From Haliotis rufescens (taxonomy: Eukaryota), in NCBI RefSeq assembly GCF_023055435.1, contig NW_025964279.1:1550001-1614000 (forward strand): a stretch of DNA of 64,000 nucleotides. Reading direction: 5' to 3'. How positions within the stretch are numbered: position 1 is the stretch's first letter; each line of letters starts with the position of its first letter. Below the pieces are notes generated by a model. That model had not been told where the DNA came from, ran no database searches, and worked only from the letters and a program-made list of their open reading frames with translations. A program made the translations under genes and the position numbers. Positions 10,745-22,200 of the stretch are shown in pieces.

Positions 10745-11015
10745 ACCCGTGAAGATCCGGGGTAGAATAGGTCTTCAGCAACCCATGCTTGCCATAAAAG
10801 GCGACTAAGCTTGTCGTAAGAAGCGACTAACGGGATCGGGTGGTCAGGCTCGCTGACTTGGTTGATGCATGTCATCGATCCCAATTTCGTAGATCGGTGC
10901 TCATGATATCAATCACTAGATTGTCTGGTTCAGACTCGATTATTTACAGACCGCCGTCATATACAGCTCGAATAGTGCTGAGTGCGGCGCTAAACAACAA
11001 ACAAACAAACCAACC
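10745..11015 (+). mobile_element. Family C, full length, nested in an older inverted C copy (10620-10744)
   Basis: Starts ACCCGTGAAGATCC; imperfect TSD CA[A/G]GTCATC[C/T]A. Confidence 0.9.
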
Positions 11016-11364
11016 AGGTCATCTAAATCACCGACCCCGACCAACCCATCCGTGTGATCACCTCCCACAAGCCTGGGATGCTGGGGAACAATTTTGAGCC
11101 GTCATCCCCACGGGATCCCCATACTTCAACGGTGTTTAAATATGAATCAGTATTACAAGACCTGAGCTGAACTCTATAGCTAGAGCTCGTTTTAATGCTT
11201 TGAGCAAGACAATTGAGTTGTAGTCCATGGAGCAGCACGTTCTGGGGACTTTCTGTCAGAAGCCCTCTTTTATCCCTACACTGGTTAAAAGGGTCACTTC
11301 ACAGGGTCATTTCCATGTAAATAGTGTGACTGTATATATTATGACAAGGCATCTCTCAGGGTGA

Positions 11365-11431
11365 ACGCCGTGATATAAATGGAATAATGTTAAAAGCGGC
11401 GTTAAACACAACTCACTCACTCACTCACTCA
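11365..11431 (+). mobile_element. Severely 5'-truncated SINE tail
   Basis: CGCCGTGATATAAATGGAATAATGTTAAAAGCGGCGTTAAAC + (TCAC)n. Confidence 0.8.
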
Positions 11432-12204
11432 GGTTGAGGTTGTCCGGAGTTTTCCCAATACCATGAAGTGCTTGTACACCCAAGTACCTGCACAAATACT
11501 CCCTATGATATGTCATTATTTGATATTTCTCTATTTGATATGTCATTATGTCATATGCCACTTCCACAAAGACTGTTAAAGCTCTTGTTATGTAAGTTAT
11601 CAGATACATTCATATGAATATGCACTAAACGTTAATTTAGGCAAAAATGGGTAAAAAAGGCTTATTTTAGATGTTTTCATGGATCATTCTACTAGTAGTC
11701 AATAACCAATAATTTGACCCAGGCGAATTTGGGTAAAATTATCATCAGTTGAAAAAAACGTCCCTTTTCTCTGATTTTAAAGATGACGAAGTTAAAAACA
11801 TTTAAGTTTAAGAAAGAACAAAATGCTTATTAATTATTTCAACATGTCTGATAATTTTCATATCATTTTTACAAAGGTTTACTCTGGTTTAGGTTTACAC
11901 TTGTGGGCCAAAAAGGGTCCTTACCCCGCCCACCCCATCCTTTGACATGGTTGGTCATACCATAACAGGGAAACCTCGTTGATCAGCTGGATCCCTTAAC
12001 TGTCTTTAGTCCGATAAGTTAAAAAATAATCATAACTCATTAATCCTGAAAGTTGTTAACAATATTTGTTGTTACACTTTTGTTTTGAGCAAAGGAAACC
12101 TTGCTTGCCCATGGCCACGTGGTTTAAACTTCTCGACAGATGTGTTTCCAGAATTTAATTGAGACGTGTTGCAAACAAGTGACATGTTTCAATATCCCGA
12201 CTCC

Positions 12205-12390
12205 GTGTTTGTTTGTTTGTTGGTTTACGCCAAACTTCACATAATGTGATTGGCATCAGGAGCATCAAACTGGGATACAATGACGTGCAAGCAACAAAAC
12301 CACCAAGTATGACCACCATATCTCTTACGACAAGATTAGGCCGTTGAAGACCTACATGTATTAATTTTTCTTACTCGGAATCTCCACGTG
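12205..12390 (-). mobile_element. Old degenerate family C copy (present in all four array units)
   Basis: (GTTT)n tail, TCTCTTACGACAAG, TGAAGACCTA remnants. Confidence 0.6.
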
Positions 12391-13529
12391 TTCTGACTGT
12401 ATGTTCATGTACCTGCTACTTGTTGGTCATTACCACAAGTCGTCTTTTTTTAAAGAATCTTTTAAAAAAACTTCATCATGGACCTCGCGGTATTGACACT
12501 CCTCCGTTTGAGACTTCAAAGAGTAGCTGATGAAGATTGAGATCGATGCGCCTCAAACAATTAGAAATGTTTCTGAAGCCGCTAATTGAAATGCGATACG
12601 CTGCAACTAGAACCTTTCATATTTTCAAATTGATTTACACCTTTGTCACAACACCTGTGTCTTAACACTGAAACTTGCATATATATTATCACCAAGTGGT
12701 GTAGCGTACGCGCTAATTGGTTTTAGAAAAAAACGGACGAATGTTCAATGGATGAATGTTTGAGCAACAGACTATCCATATCCTGGTTTCTTAGTTTAAC
12801 GAGGAAATGCATCGCCCTTCATTGACAAATACGACGTGACTGTTTTGTATGAACACATATTTTCTCTTCCAATTTCCAATCTATGCAGCGGTATCTTCCG
12901 TGGCTGCTAATGATCTTATATCTTATTTCCGCTTGCACAGAAATGTGTACAAAATATTATATTTAGAATTGTTTTTCCAATATCATATAAAACTGTGATG
13001 AAAATAAAAATAGAAAACAATTACTTGGAAATCTTATATTGCATCGCTCAGTGATTGCATTCGTTTGTCATGAGTGAGCCGCAAGTTCATGAGCCAATGA
13101 ATTTACCATAATACCATCGATGTTATTCCTCGGCGGTCTCAGGGTGTATTTCATTTCTTTTATTGGAGAATTTCCTCGCTATTTTCTTGTAAACATTTCA
13201 TGTCATGCCCGAAACTACTTAATCTGTCTGCTATCCTGATTGTTACAATATATAGCATCTTATAGCTTGTAATTGACATCTTTTGATCCCAAGATAGACG
13301 CACCTGCTCGCTGTCTAGCAATTGATATGTTTCCGGGCTGTCGAGAAAAGTGTCAATTGATCTTTTCTGTGGGCTGTAGTTCCACCGCAATTGAGCACTG
13401 AAGCATCAACACATTGTTAACTTCACTCTGTAGTTGCTTGCGTCATGTTTCGATAAGCTTCTGAAAAACAGAGTTGTGGCAGAATAATGTAAAGGTATGA
13501 AGGTTATAAGACGTGATAACCATGATGTT

Positions 13530-13817
13530 AACATGAAACGTCAAAGCCAGAGAATAACCAGTCTCGATTATCCGACGAAACAGATTCCTTTGGGCGTAAA
13601 GGACAAAATTGCAGTGAAAAGTATTTGATTGGGTCACTGCATGTCAGTGGTGACACTAGGGCCCACGTGCACAAAGCGATCTTAGCGCTAAGGCTATTGT
13701 AAGCCTATGTTAAAGTATGGGAGTTAAGATCATCTTAACGCTAAGATCGCTTTGTGCAAGTGGGCCCAGGTGTTCGCGAAAAGGGTAAGCATGTCTTGCC
13801 CTGCCGGTTGCACCCGC
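13530..13817 (-). mobile_element. Penelope-like tail subtype B, interrupted by a MITE (all four units)
   Basis: CAGGTGTTCGCGAAAAGGGTAAGCATGTCTTGCCC at 13767-13801; left part aligns with 9050-9160. Confidence 0.65.
13660..13766. mobile_element. PIF/Harbinger-like MITE, 107 bp (also 21335-21441, 29019-29125, 36673-36779)
   Basis: Long TIR GGCCCACGTGCACAAAGCGATCTTAGCG / CGCTAAGATCGCTTTGTGCAAGTGGGCC; 3-bp TSD TAG/CAG (host consensus has CAG). Confidence 0.85.
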
Positions 13818-13943
13818 TGTTTTAAAATGTTCATAATGTTGCGAGAAAATTTCAAACTAATTTATAGAAAAAAAACCTAGTCATAGTCATAACAGGGAGA
13901 CCTCACTTAGTCGAAGTCCTGGAAATCAGTAAATTTATATGTA

Positions 13944-14117
13944 CAGTAAAGTACGGTTATAACGAACTCTAGGACTACTAATTTTAGTTCGTTATAACCG
14001 TAGTTCGTTATAAGCATATATGCAGCATAAGTTCAGCAAATAGTCGGGACCAAAAAAGCAAGTTCGTTATATCCGTCAGTTCGTTATAAGCGGGTTCGTT
14101 ATAACCGTATTTTACTG
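13944..14117. mobile_element. Tc1/mariner (pogo/Tigger-like) MITE (also 21618-21793, 29303-29476, 36957-37130)
   Basis: TIR CAGTAAAGTACGGTTATAACGAA / TTCGTTATAACCGTATTTTACTG, internal GTTCGTTATAA repeats, TA TSD intact in copy 2. Confidence 0.88.
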
Positions 14118-14245
14118 TTATCGATGTATCCGTAGTGCGAGACTAGCGGAGCGCCGGTATTAAACCGTAGTGCCTATATGGGTTTTGCCGGGGTCATGAC
14201 GTTCACAGTCTAAACGTGCGGGCACATAACACGGGTGTGATATCA

Positions 14246-14613
14246 GCTGGTTACCGGTCAAGCAGAGAATTCAAGATCTGTTTCAGACCAATTTAGCTTC
14301 AAGTGATGACTCACCGGAATTCCTCAAAGATCTGATTCAAATGTATGAAGCATCACCAGCACGCAGATCAGCACACTAACAGCGACTCGTCATGCCAGAC
14401 TCCAAAACCGGCTGAACGCTCTTCCTCTATTGCCAGTTCTAAGCCCTGTATCTCCAGACCATTCCAACCACAACTTGTCTCTCTTGATTACTTCCGATGT
14501 CAACTTAAAACCGTTCTATTTACACAAGCTCATTGACTTTTCACCTGTATTTTTCATGTGCTACCGAGCAGCTGAATGAAGCGGGAAGGTCAGGCGACTC
14601 AAATGCATTATTA
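14246..14613 (+). mobile_element. L2 LINE 3' fragment (all four units)
   Basis: Frameshifted WLPVKQRI..SPEFLKDLIQMY..RRS..RLVMP..ERSFSIA..FRCQLKTFLF, typical of the L2 ORF2 C-terminus; ends AAATGCATTATTA. Confidence 0.85.
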
Positions 14614-14839
14614 AACAACATATCGCGATACTGAATTTAGGGTTACATGTATGTGCACTTTCACAAACTGTATCGTGTTTAAACCATAAATAGTACTGAT
14701 ACATTCATCTCATTCAGAATGCTCACGGACTTGTCAAAGAAGGCTAGTAAATGGGGTTAGAGTGGCATACAGTCTACAGTTGTACAGCAGACTCTCTAAT
14801 CTGAATTTGGTTTCAATCAGTTCCTTGTCACTTACGTTT

Positions 14840-15085
14840 CCCATGCAATTCCCTATTTTTACATGTACCATATGTTCCCGTGTTTTTAAGGTTACCAACT
14901 GACTTGCCTTTGCATGTGTTTGTGACGGGTGCCACCGGTTGGGGAGGAAACGCTCCCCTTTTCGCGAACACCTGGTATCATTACTATTTGTAAGTGATTC
15001 ATAAACACATGCTTATGGTGTAGTCGAAATCGTACAATCGACTCGAGATTTTATATAATATGGAAAGGCCTCTGTCGCTTTTATT
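14840..15085 (+). mobile_element. Penelope-like 3' tail subtype A (all four units)
   Basis: TTGCCTTTGCATGTGTTTGTGACGGGTGCCACCGG...TTTTCGCGAACACCTGGTATCAT. Confidence 0.75.
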
Positions 15086-15300
15086 TACACCACTGCGTGC
15101 TACTTAGCACAACTCACGTTTAGTTCCGCATAAGTTCCGCGGTGAGACTGCAAATATCCCTGACTAAATCCGTTTACGTCCCGCAGTAATTCATCAAATG
15201 TACCGCGCTAATTCCGTAAACCTACGACGGTAATTATAATACCGCAAACATATCGCGGAAATTCCGAACACGATCGCGTCAAGTCCAGCAATAGTGTGTA
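15086..15300. repeat. CpG-rich insertion with 11-bp VNTR (possible non-autonomous DNA transposon)
   Basis: Interrupts the tail sequence; weak termini TACAC../..GTGTA; AGTTCCGCATA unit present 2, 3, 2 and 6 times in copies 1-4. Confidence 0.5.
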
Positions 15301-15779
15301 CACTCCGAGGCAAAAGTTATTGTATTTTCCCCAGTAGTGTGTGAGTGAAGAATGATGTTTTGTATTACGTCGAAAATGACAATTGAAGACTGCGCCAATT
15401 CTTTAAGTCTATTTGGCATGACACAATGTTGTTCGACAGACCACGAGGTTCGGAAATGCCGTTTTCACGCTGTAAGTACCAACCAACTCGGCAGGCAATA
15501 CCAGGAAGAGAAGACGGTCACGAATTGTCGCCTTCAAAAACATTGAGGATGACAAACGCCAATGGCTGTATGGTATAGTTAAGACCCCCGCTACCTGATA
15601 TCCACTACAATGTAATGCTGGTGCTGTTTTTCCTGCCAAGTCTTCAGATTCTGCTGCTCCTTCAAGGCTAAAAAAGATCGACGTGTATTTTTACATGATG
15701 CTGTTATTCTGGGCATGTACGCATCCAGAGGAAAATCAAAATACCAGGCCTTCCTTTTATTCCCGTTTAGGTCGCCAAA

Positions 15780-16025
15780 TCCCATGCTTGTCGCATGAGT
15801 TCCCTTGTTTTTTTCAGGTGAACACTTGACTTGCCTTTGCATGTGTTTGTGACGGGTGACACTGTTGCTGAAGGATACGCTCACCTTTTCGCGAACACCT
15901 CGTATCATCAATATTTGATTATGGTCCATAACACATGGTCAGGATGTAGTCGGAATCGTACAATGGACTCTGCTTTTAGTAAATCTTTTTATGATTATGG
16001 AAATGTTTTTGGTATCTTTCATTGA
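15780..16025 (+). mobile_element. Penelope-like 3' tail subtype A, second copy in each unit
   Basis: Direct paralog of 14840-15085. Confidence 0.75.
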
Positions 16026-16091
16026 CTAAAACGTGTATCGTGTGGTCAGACTGTGTGACATAGATGACTGATGCATGTTTCTTCCTGGTCA

Positions 16092-16369
16092 GGGGGCACG
16101 GATGGCCAATTCGTCTAAGGCGCCGCGATTCGCTGTGCAGAGTTGCGTCCCTTGGGCACGCCAGAAACCTATGATTGTGGGTTCGAATCCCGGTTCGCCT
16201 CGATTATGTTTCTAGGTTTGTCAGCACCATACCCGTGCTCGTGGGTTTCACCGAAGTGGTAAACGTCAGAGACCTGCATCACTTCGGGCTTTCCTCTTAC
16301 ATTAAGCGCTAGCTGACACGCCGTGATATAACTAGAATACTGTTAAAAGCGGCGTTAAACCCAACTCAC
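16092..16369 (+). mobile_element. SINE family B, full length
   Basis: Perfect 12-bp TSD TCTTCCTGGTCA. Confidence 0.95.
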
Positions 16370-17284
16370 TCTTCCTGGTCAATACTCCATTTTCAGTCCG
16401 TGAATAATTGTAATTATTGTATAATTTCTGTTTCAACTGGAGAAAACATTATCTTATTTGGGAACAAATGATTTAAAACAAAATGTCTCAATCCTTTAGA
16501 ATATCAAATGGTCGGTCCGCTAAACGATAATATGGGATGACACTTATATCAACATTCCGTATCCCAATCCATCCGAACCAGTTCTAGGTTATTACTACCG
16601 AAACATCATGATGAGGAGGATACAATTCAAAGCGTGCAGCATCATTGCTGATCACTGTAAAACTACGTGGGCGTTGTACGGCATGCTTTGAATAAATGTA
16701 ATTTCGTATTCACCCCCTTAGTCTCCACTTCATCGACTGAGCGTGTGGGTTAAAATAAATTAAAAATATCTTCCACAGTAATGTGGAACCACTATTCATA
16801 AATCAAATTTCATATTCATAGGGTGTAAAACTTTAGATTTATACAGTAAGCTGTCCGGGTTTTAATACCTGTTCTTCAAGAAAATCAATTTTCTTTTTTT
16901 TTGAAATAGTATTATTCATCTTCATATTCGATATAAGTGATAATCGATCAGGTCTTAAGCCTAGGAATTGCATAATATTCATACTTCAAAAGGAATTGAA
17001 TTGACTCATCAGCCTGATCTTATGATTGGTGATAAAACATTTACATGTACATTTTGTTCACAAGCAGCTCTCTGTTGCAATTGCATAAGTAACACAAACG
17101 CAAGATAGATTTAAAACGAGTGTAACTGATGGCCCCAAGTGGCCAAAGTAACCACAGATGTTCGTCCGTTATCCAGGATTGGCTTATCTTGTGTTCGAAT
17201 TCCGGGTTCGTCTCGATTAGGACCACCAGATTTCAAACGTTCCAGCTATCCCCCCAATGTGCAGGTTTATGAGGCGTGGGATTG

Positions 17285-17480
17285 AGTGAATGTTCTTAAA
17301 CATCGCAGTCATCAGTAGACCGGCTTTTTACGGACAGTCTATCAACCATCACTTCCAGCGCAGTCCCGTCGCACACATAATCAACCACGTCACCCAAACT
17401 GATCATTCCATCCATTTATATCAACACTTACGGCAACTTTAGGCTACTGGGGCGTCAATACTACCGAGGGAATCTCCCCG
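17285..17480 (-). mobile_element. Very old family C relic (all four units)
   Basis: ATCAACCACGTCA..CTGA[C/T]CA..CTTACGGCAA aligns loosely with the reverse C consensus. Confidence 0.45.
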
Positions 17481-17719
17481 CCACGCAGGGCATGCCACTG
17501 CAAACAACAGTCAATGGTAATGTTAATGGCCATCCAGGATTTGTCATACTAATTGGTACGATGAATTGTTTTAATTTCAAATATAAGAAATTATAGGCAA
17601 CAGGCGTTTTGAGTGGCACTAGATCTTTAATATGTTAGTTATTTAATCTGTGTTGCTTCGATACAGTTGGAAACATAATCGATCTGCTCTCCAGGCAGAT
17701 CAAAACATAGCGCCTGTGA

Positions 17720-17900
17720 TGGTTGGTTGGTTGGTTTGTTGTTTAACGCCGCAGTCAGCATGACGGCGATCTGTATATAATTGAGTCCGGATCAGACAAT
17801 CCAGTAATGAATGTCATGAGCATTGATCCCCGCAATTGGGATCGATGACATGCATCAACCAAGTCAGCGAGCCTGACCACCAGATCCGATTAGGCGCCTC
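17720..17900 (-). mobile_element. Family C, 5'-truncated (also ~25410, ~33063, ~40745)
   Basis: (GGTT)n tail and C body on the minus strand. Confidence 0.88.
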
Positions 17901-19218
17901 TGACCACTTTCTCAATTAAGACTGAAGTGGGTGTATTAATTTTTTATGTATCGAAATTAGGCCTGCGAGTGTCAAGCCCTTTCTTGTGCATATGCAGTAA
18001 CTGTTTAAAGAAAGCCAGCATGACAACGAAGTGCAATCAGCATCTCTGGTACCCATACATGTCTCTGGGGATGGAGATCAAAGCACTCAAACTTGAGCCA
18101 GGCACTTGAGCTAATGATAAGGAGTTTCTGAGTGAATTGATCAAAGCATGTATTAGAATCCGCCATGTTAATTTTTTGAGTCAGTCAGACGAACTTTAAA
18201 TCCTTTATTTCACATTGAGTTTTTGAGGTTTGGCAAAATCAAAGGCGAATCAATAAGTCACCATGCATTCTGCAAAGGATGCTGAGGAAACCAGGCGTGA
18301 TCTGATGCAATTATCTGATAAATGAAATCTTCACATGGGATATTACTGTGTATTGGGGTCAACGTGACAGTATGCATTCATTGTAATGGCCAGGAAAGAC
18401 ACACGGCGCCACCTTTGGCATATAAACGAGGAGAGATGGTAATGTAATTTTCATTTGGAAATCTCGATGTAATAAGAATGTTGTGTCATCAAGAAATGTG
18501 GTTACGAGTCACTTTTATATTTCGATGATATCCAGTGTAGTTTAATAAATAGAGGTTACCACCAGCGTATGTTTTCGGATGGTAAATATCCAGTATTGGG
18601 AATGAACATTTGTTTTTATAGCTCATCGAAAAACTATTCCCACAAGTAAGTTTTCCTGGACATGCTTACCCTTTTCGCGAACACCTGGTGTCATGCAGTG
18701 ATCCAATCAAACAGCGAATTTGGAAAATACTCGATTCTGATTAGCTAATGACAGGTGTCAAATCTCACTAACCGCCTCTGGTTGAAAGAGCTGATTTCAT
18801 GACCGCATATGCATATCATATAATTAAAAAAATTATGAGAACTAAGGAAACAGATTTTCCTCAGACAGTTTTGATTGATATACTCAGGGGTCAACCGCTC
18901 ATTCCTCCACAGGGGAGTTTCAAGTTACACTATAAATGGAACAGTTCTTCATTTCTCAATCACTGTCGGTTGGCTTTTGAAACGATGATATGTACAGTTA
19001 TATGCTACTATATGTTAACAAAATGTTTTGCAAAACATTTGATCTGAAAACAAGATGGAAAGCGACTATGAGAGTATATATATTTAAAGTTTTAGTGCAA
19101 CAAAGAGCTTGAAATTTGACACATACACAATGTAATGTTAAAATAAGCAATCAAAACATCATAAAAGAAAGTGGTGGCGTAGAACTTAACGTTAAAAGGC
19201 TTGCATATCATTAAGTTT

Positions 19219-22200
19219 TCATATGTCACTTACACAAAGACTGTTAAAAGCTCTTGTTATGTAAGTTATCAGATACATTCATATGAATATGCACTAAATG
19301 TTAATTTAGGCAAAAATGGGTAAAAAAGGCTTATTTTAGATGTTTTCAGGGATCATTCTACTAGTAGTCAATAACCAATAATTTGACCCAGGCGAATTTG
19401 GGTAAAATTATCATCAGTTGAAAAAAACGTCCCTTTTCTCTGATTTTAAAGATGACGAAGTTAAAAACATTTAAGTTAAGAAAGAACAAAATGCTTATTA
19501 TCAATTTTTACAACATGTCTGATAATTTTCATATCATTTTTACAAAGGTTTACTCTGGTTTAGGTTTACACTTGTGGGCCAAAAAGGGTCCTTACCCCAC
19601 CCACCCCATCCTTTGACATGGTTGGTCATACCATAACAGGGAAACCTCGTTGATCAGCTGGATCCCTTAACTGTCTTTAGTCCGATAAGTTAAAAAATAA
19701 TCATAACTCATTAATCCTGAAAGTTGTTAACAATATTTGTTGTTACACTTTTGTTTTGAGCAAAGGAAACCTTGCTTGCCCATGGCCATGTGGTTTAAAC
19801 TTCTCGACAGATGTGTTTCCAGAATTTAATTGAGACGTGTTGCAAACAAGTGACATGTTTCAATATCCCGACTCCGTGTTTGTTTGTTTGTTTGTTGGTT
19901 TACGCCAAACTTCACATAATGTGATTGGCATCAGGAGCATCAAACTGGGATACAATGACGTGCAAGCAACAAAACCACCAAGTATGACCACCATATCTCT
20001 TACGACAAGATTAGGCCGTTGAAGACCTACATGTATTAATTTTTCTTACTCGGAATCTCCACGTGTTCTGACTGTATGTTCATGTACCTGCTACTTGTTG
20101 GTCATTACCACAAGTCGTCTTTTTTTAAAGAATCTTTTACAAAAACTTCATCATGGACCTCGCGGTATTGACACTCCTCCGTTTGAGACTTCAAAGAGTA
20201 GCTGATGAAGACTGAGATCGATGCGCCTCAAACAATTAGAAATGTTTCTGAAGCGCTAATTGAAATGCGATACGCTGCAACTAGAACCTTTCATATTTTC
20301 AAATTGATTTACACCTTTGTCACAACACCTGTGTCTTAACACTGAAACTTGCATATATATTATCACCAAGTGGTGTAGCGTACGCGCTAATTGGTTTTAG
20401 AAAAAAACCGGACGAATGTTCAATGGATGAATGTTTGAGCAACAGACTATCCATATCCTGGTTTCTTAGTTTAACGAGGAAATGCATCGCCCTTCATTGA
20501 CAAATACGACGTGACTGTTTTGTATGAACACATATTTTCTCTTCCAATTTCCAATCCATGCAGCGGTATCTCCCGTGGCTGCTAATGATCTTATATCTTA
20601 TTTCCGCTTGCACAGAAATGTGTAGAAAATATTATATTTAGAATTGTTTTTCCAATATCATATAAAACTGTGATGAAAACAAAAATAGAATACAATTACT
20701 TGGAAATCTGATATTGCATCGCTCAGTGATTGCATTCGTTTGTCATGAGTGAGCCGCAAGTTCATGAGCCAATGAATTTACCATAATACCATCGATGTTA
20801 TTCCTCGGCGGTCTCAGGGTGTATTTCATTTCTTTTATTGGAGAATTTTCTCGCTATTTTCTTGTAAACATTTCATGTCATGCCCGAAACTACTTAATCT
20901 GTCTGCTATCCTGATTGTTACAATATATAGCATCTTATAGCTTGTAATTGACATCTTTTGATCCCAAGATAGACGCACCTGCTCGCTGTCTAGCAATTGA
21001 TATGTTTCCGGGCTGTCGAGAAAAGTGTCAATTGATCTTTTCTGTGGACTGTGGTTCCACCGCAATTGAGCACTGAAGCATCAACACATTGTTAACTTCA
21101 CTCTGTAGTTGCTTGCGTCATGTTTCGATAAGCTTCTGAAAAACAGAGTTGTGGCAGAATAATGTAAAGGTATGAAGGTTATAAGACGTGATAACCATGA
21201 TGTTAACATGAAACGTCAAAGCCAGAGAATAACCAGTCTCGATTATCCGACGAAACAGATTCCTTTGGGCGTAAAGGACAAAATTGCAGTGAAAAGTATT
21301 TGATTGGGTCACTGCATGTCAGTGGTGACACTAGGGCCCACGTGCACAAAGCGATCTTAGCGCTAAGGCTATTGTAAGCCTATGTTAAAGTATGGGAGTT
21401 AAGATCATCTTAACGCTAAGATCGCTTTGTGCAAGTGGGCCCAGGTGTTCGCGAAAAGGGTAAGCATGCCTTGCCCTGCCGGTTGCACCCGCTGTTTTAA
21501 AGTGTTCATAATGTTGCGAGAAAATTTCAAACTAATTTATAGAAAAAAAACACGTCAGAGTCAATACAGGGAGACCTCACTTAGTCGAAGTCCTGGAAAT
21601 CAGTAAATTTATATGTACAGTAAAGTACGGTTATAATGAACTCAAAGGGACTACTAATTTTAGTTCGTTATAACCGTAGTTCATTATAAACATATATGCA
21701 GCATAAGTACAGCAAATAGTTGGGACCAAAAAAGCAAGTTCGTAATATCCGTCAGTTCGTTATAAGCAGGTTCGTTATAACCGTATTTGACTGTATATCG
21801 ATGTATCCGTAGTGCGAGACAAGCAGAGCGCCGGTATTAAACCGTAGTGCCTATATGGGTTTTGCCGGGGTCATGGCGTTCACAGTCTAAACGTGCGGGC
21901 ACATAACACGGGTGTGATATCAGCTGGTTACCGGTCAAGCAGAGAATTCAAGATCTGTTTCAGACCAATTTATAATTAGCTTCAAGTGATGACTCACCGG
22001 AATTCCTCAAAGATCTGATTCAAATGTATGAAGCATCACCAGCACGCAGATCAGCACACTAACAGCGACTCGTCATGCCAGATTCCAAAACCGGCTGAAC
22101 GCTCTTTCTCTATTGCCATTTCTAAGCCCTGTATCTCCAGACCACTCCAACCACAACTTGTCTCTCTTGATTACTTCCGATGTCAACTTAAAACCTTTCT

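Larger units (their letters stand above)
11551..19218 (+). repeat. 7.7 kb tandem segmental repeat, copy 1 (7668 bp)
   Basis: Starts at TCATATGCCAC. The same start recurs at 19219, 26908 and 34561. ORF-track peptides recur at ~7.7 kb spacing (e.g. 13160/20835/28520/36173). Confidence 0.97.

Noticed and set aside
10745-10840. Family C 5' end as an HDV-like or pistol ribozyme
   Set aside because: CTAA before a closing stem is suggestive, but there is no P3/L3 and no P1.1 GG. The strand order differs from pistol. Kept only as an unclassified structure.
11560-11999. Kolobok-like terminus (..GGATCCC-TTAA) at the unit start and TAG-starting terminus near 42362
   Set aside because: No partner TIR found in the window, so I cannot support the unit being a transposon.
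12525-12612. CTGATGA...GAAA hammerhead in each array unit
   Set aside because: No complementary stem II or stem I.
14924-14980. SECIS element in the Penelope-like tail (GTGAC-GGGTG...CACCT)
   Set aside because: The 3' side reads TGGT rather than NGAN, so the GA/GA quartet is absent. The upper part is branched and lacks the apical AA at canonical spacing.
13160-18109. Short ORFs conserved across the four units as a multigene family
   Set aside because: Conservation follows from recent duplication. Several use non-ATG starts, overlap TE relics or are broken in some copies.
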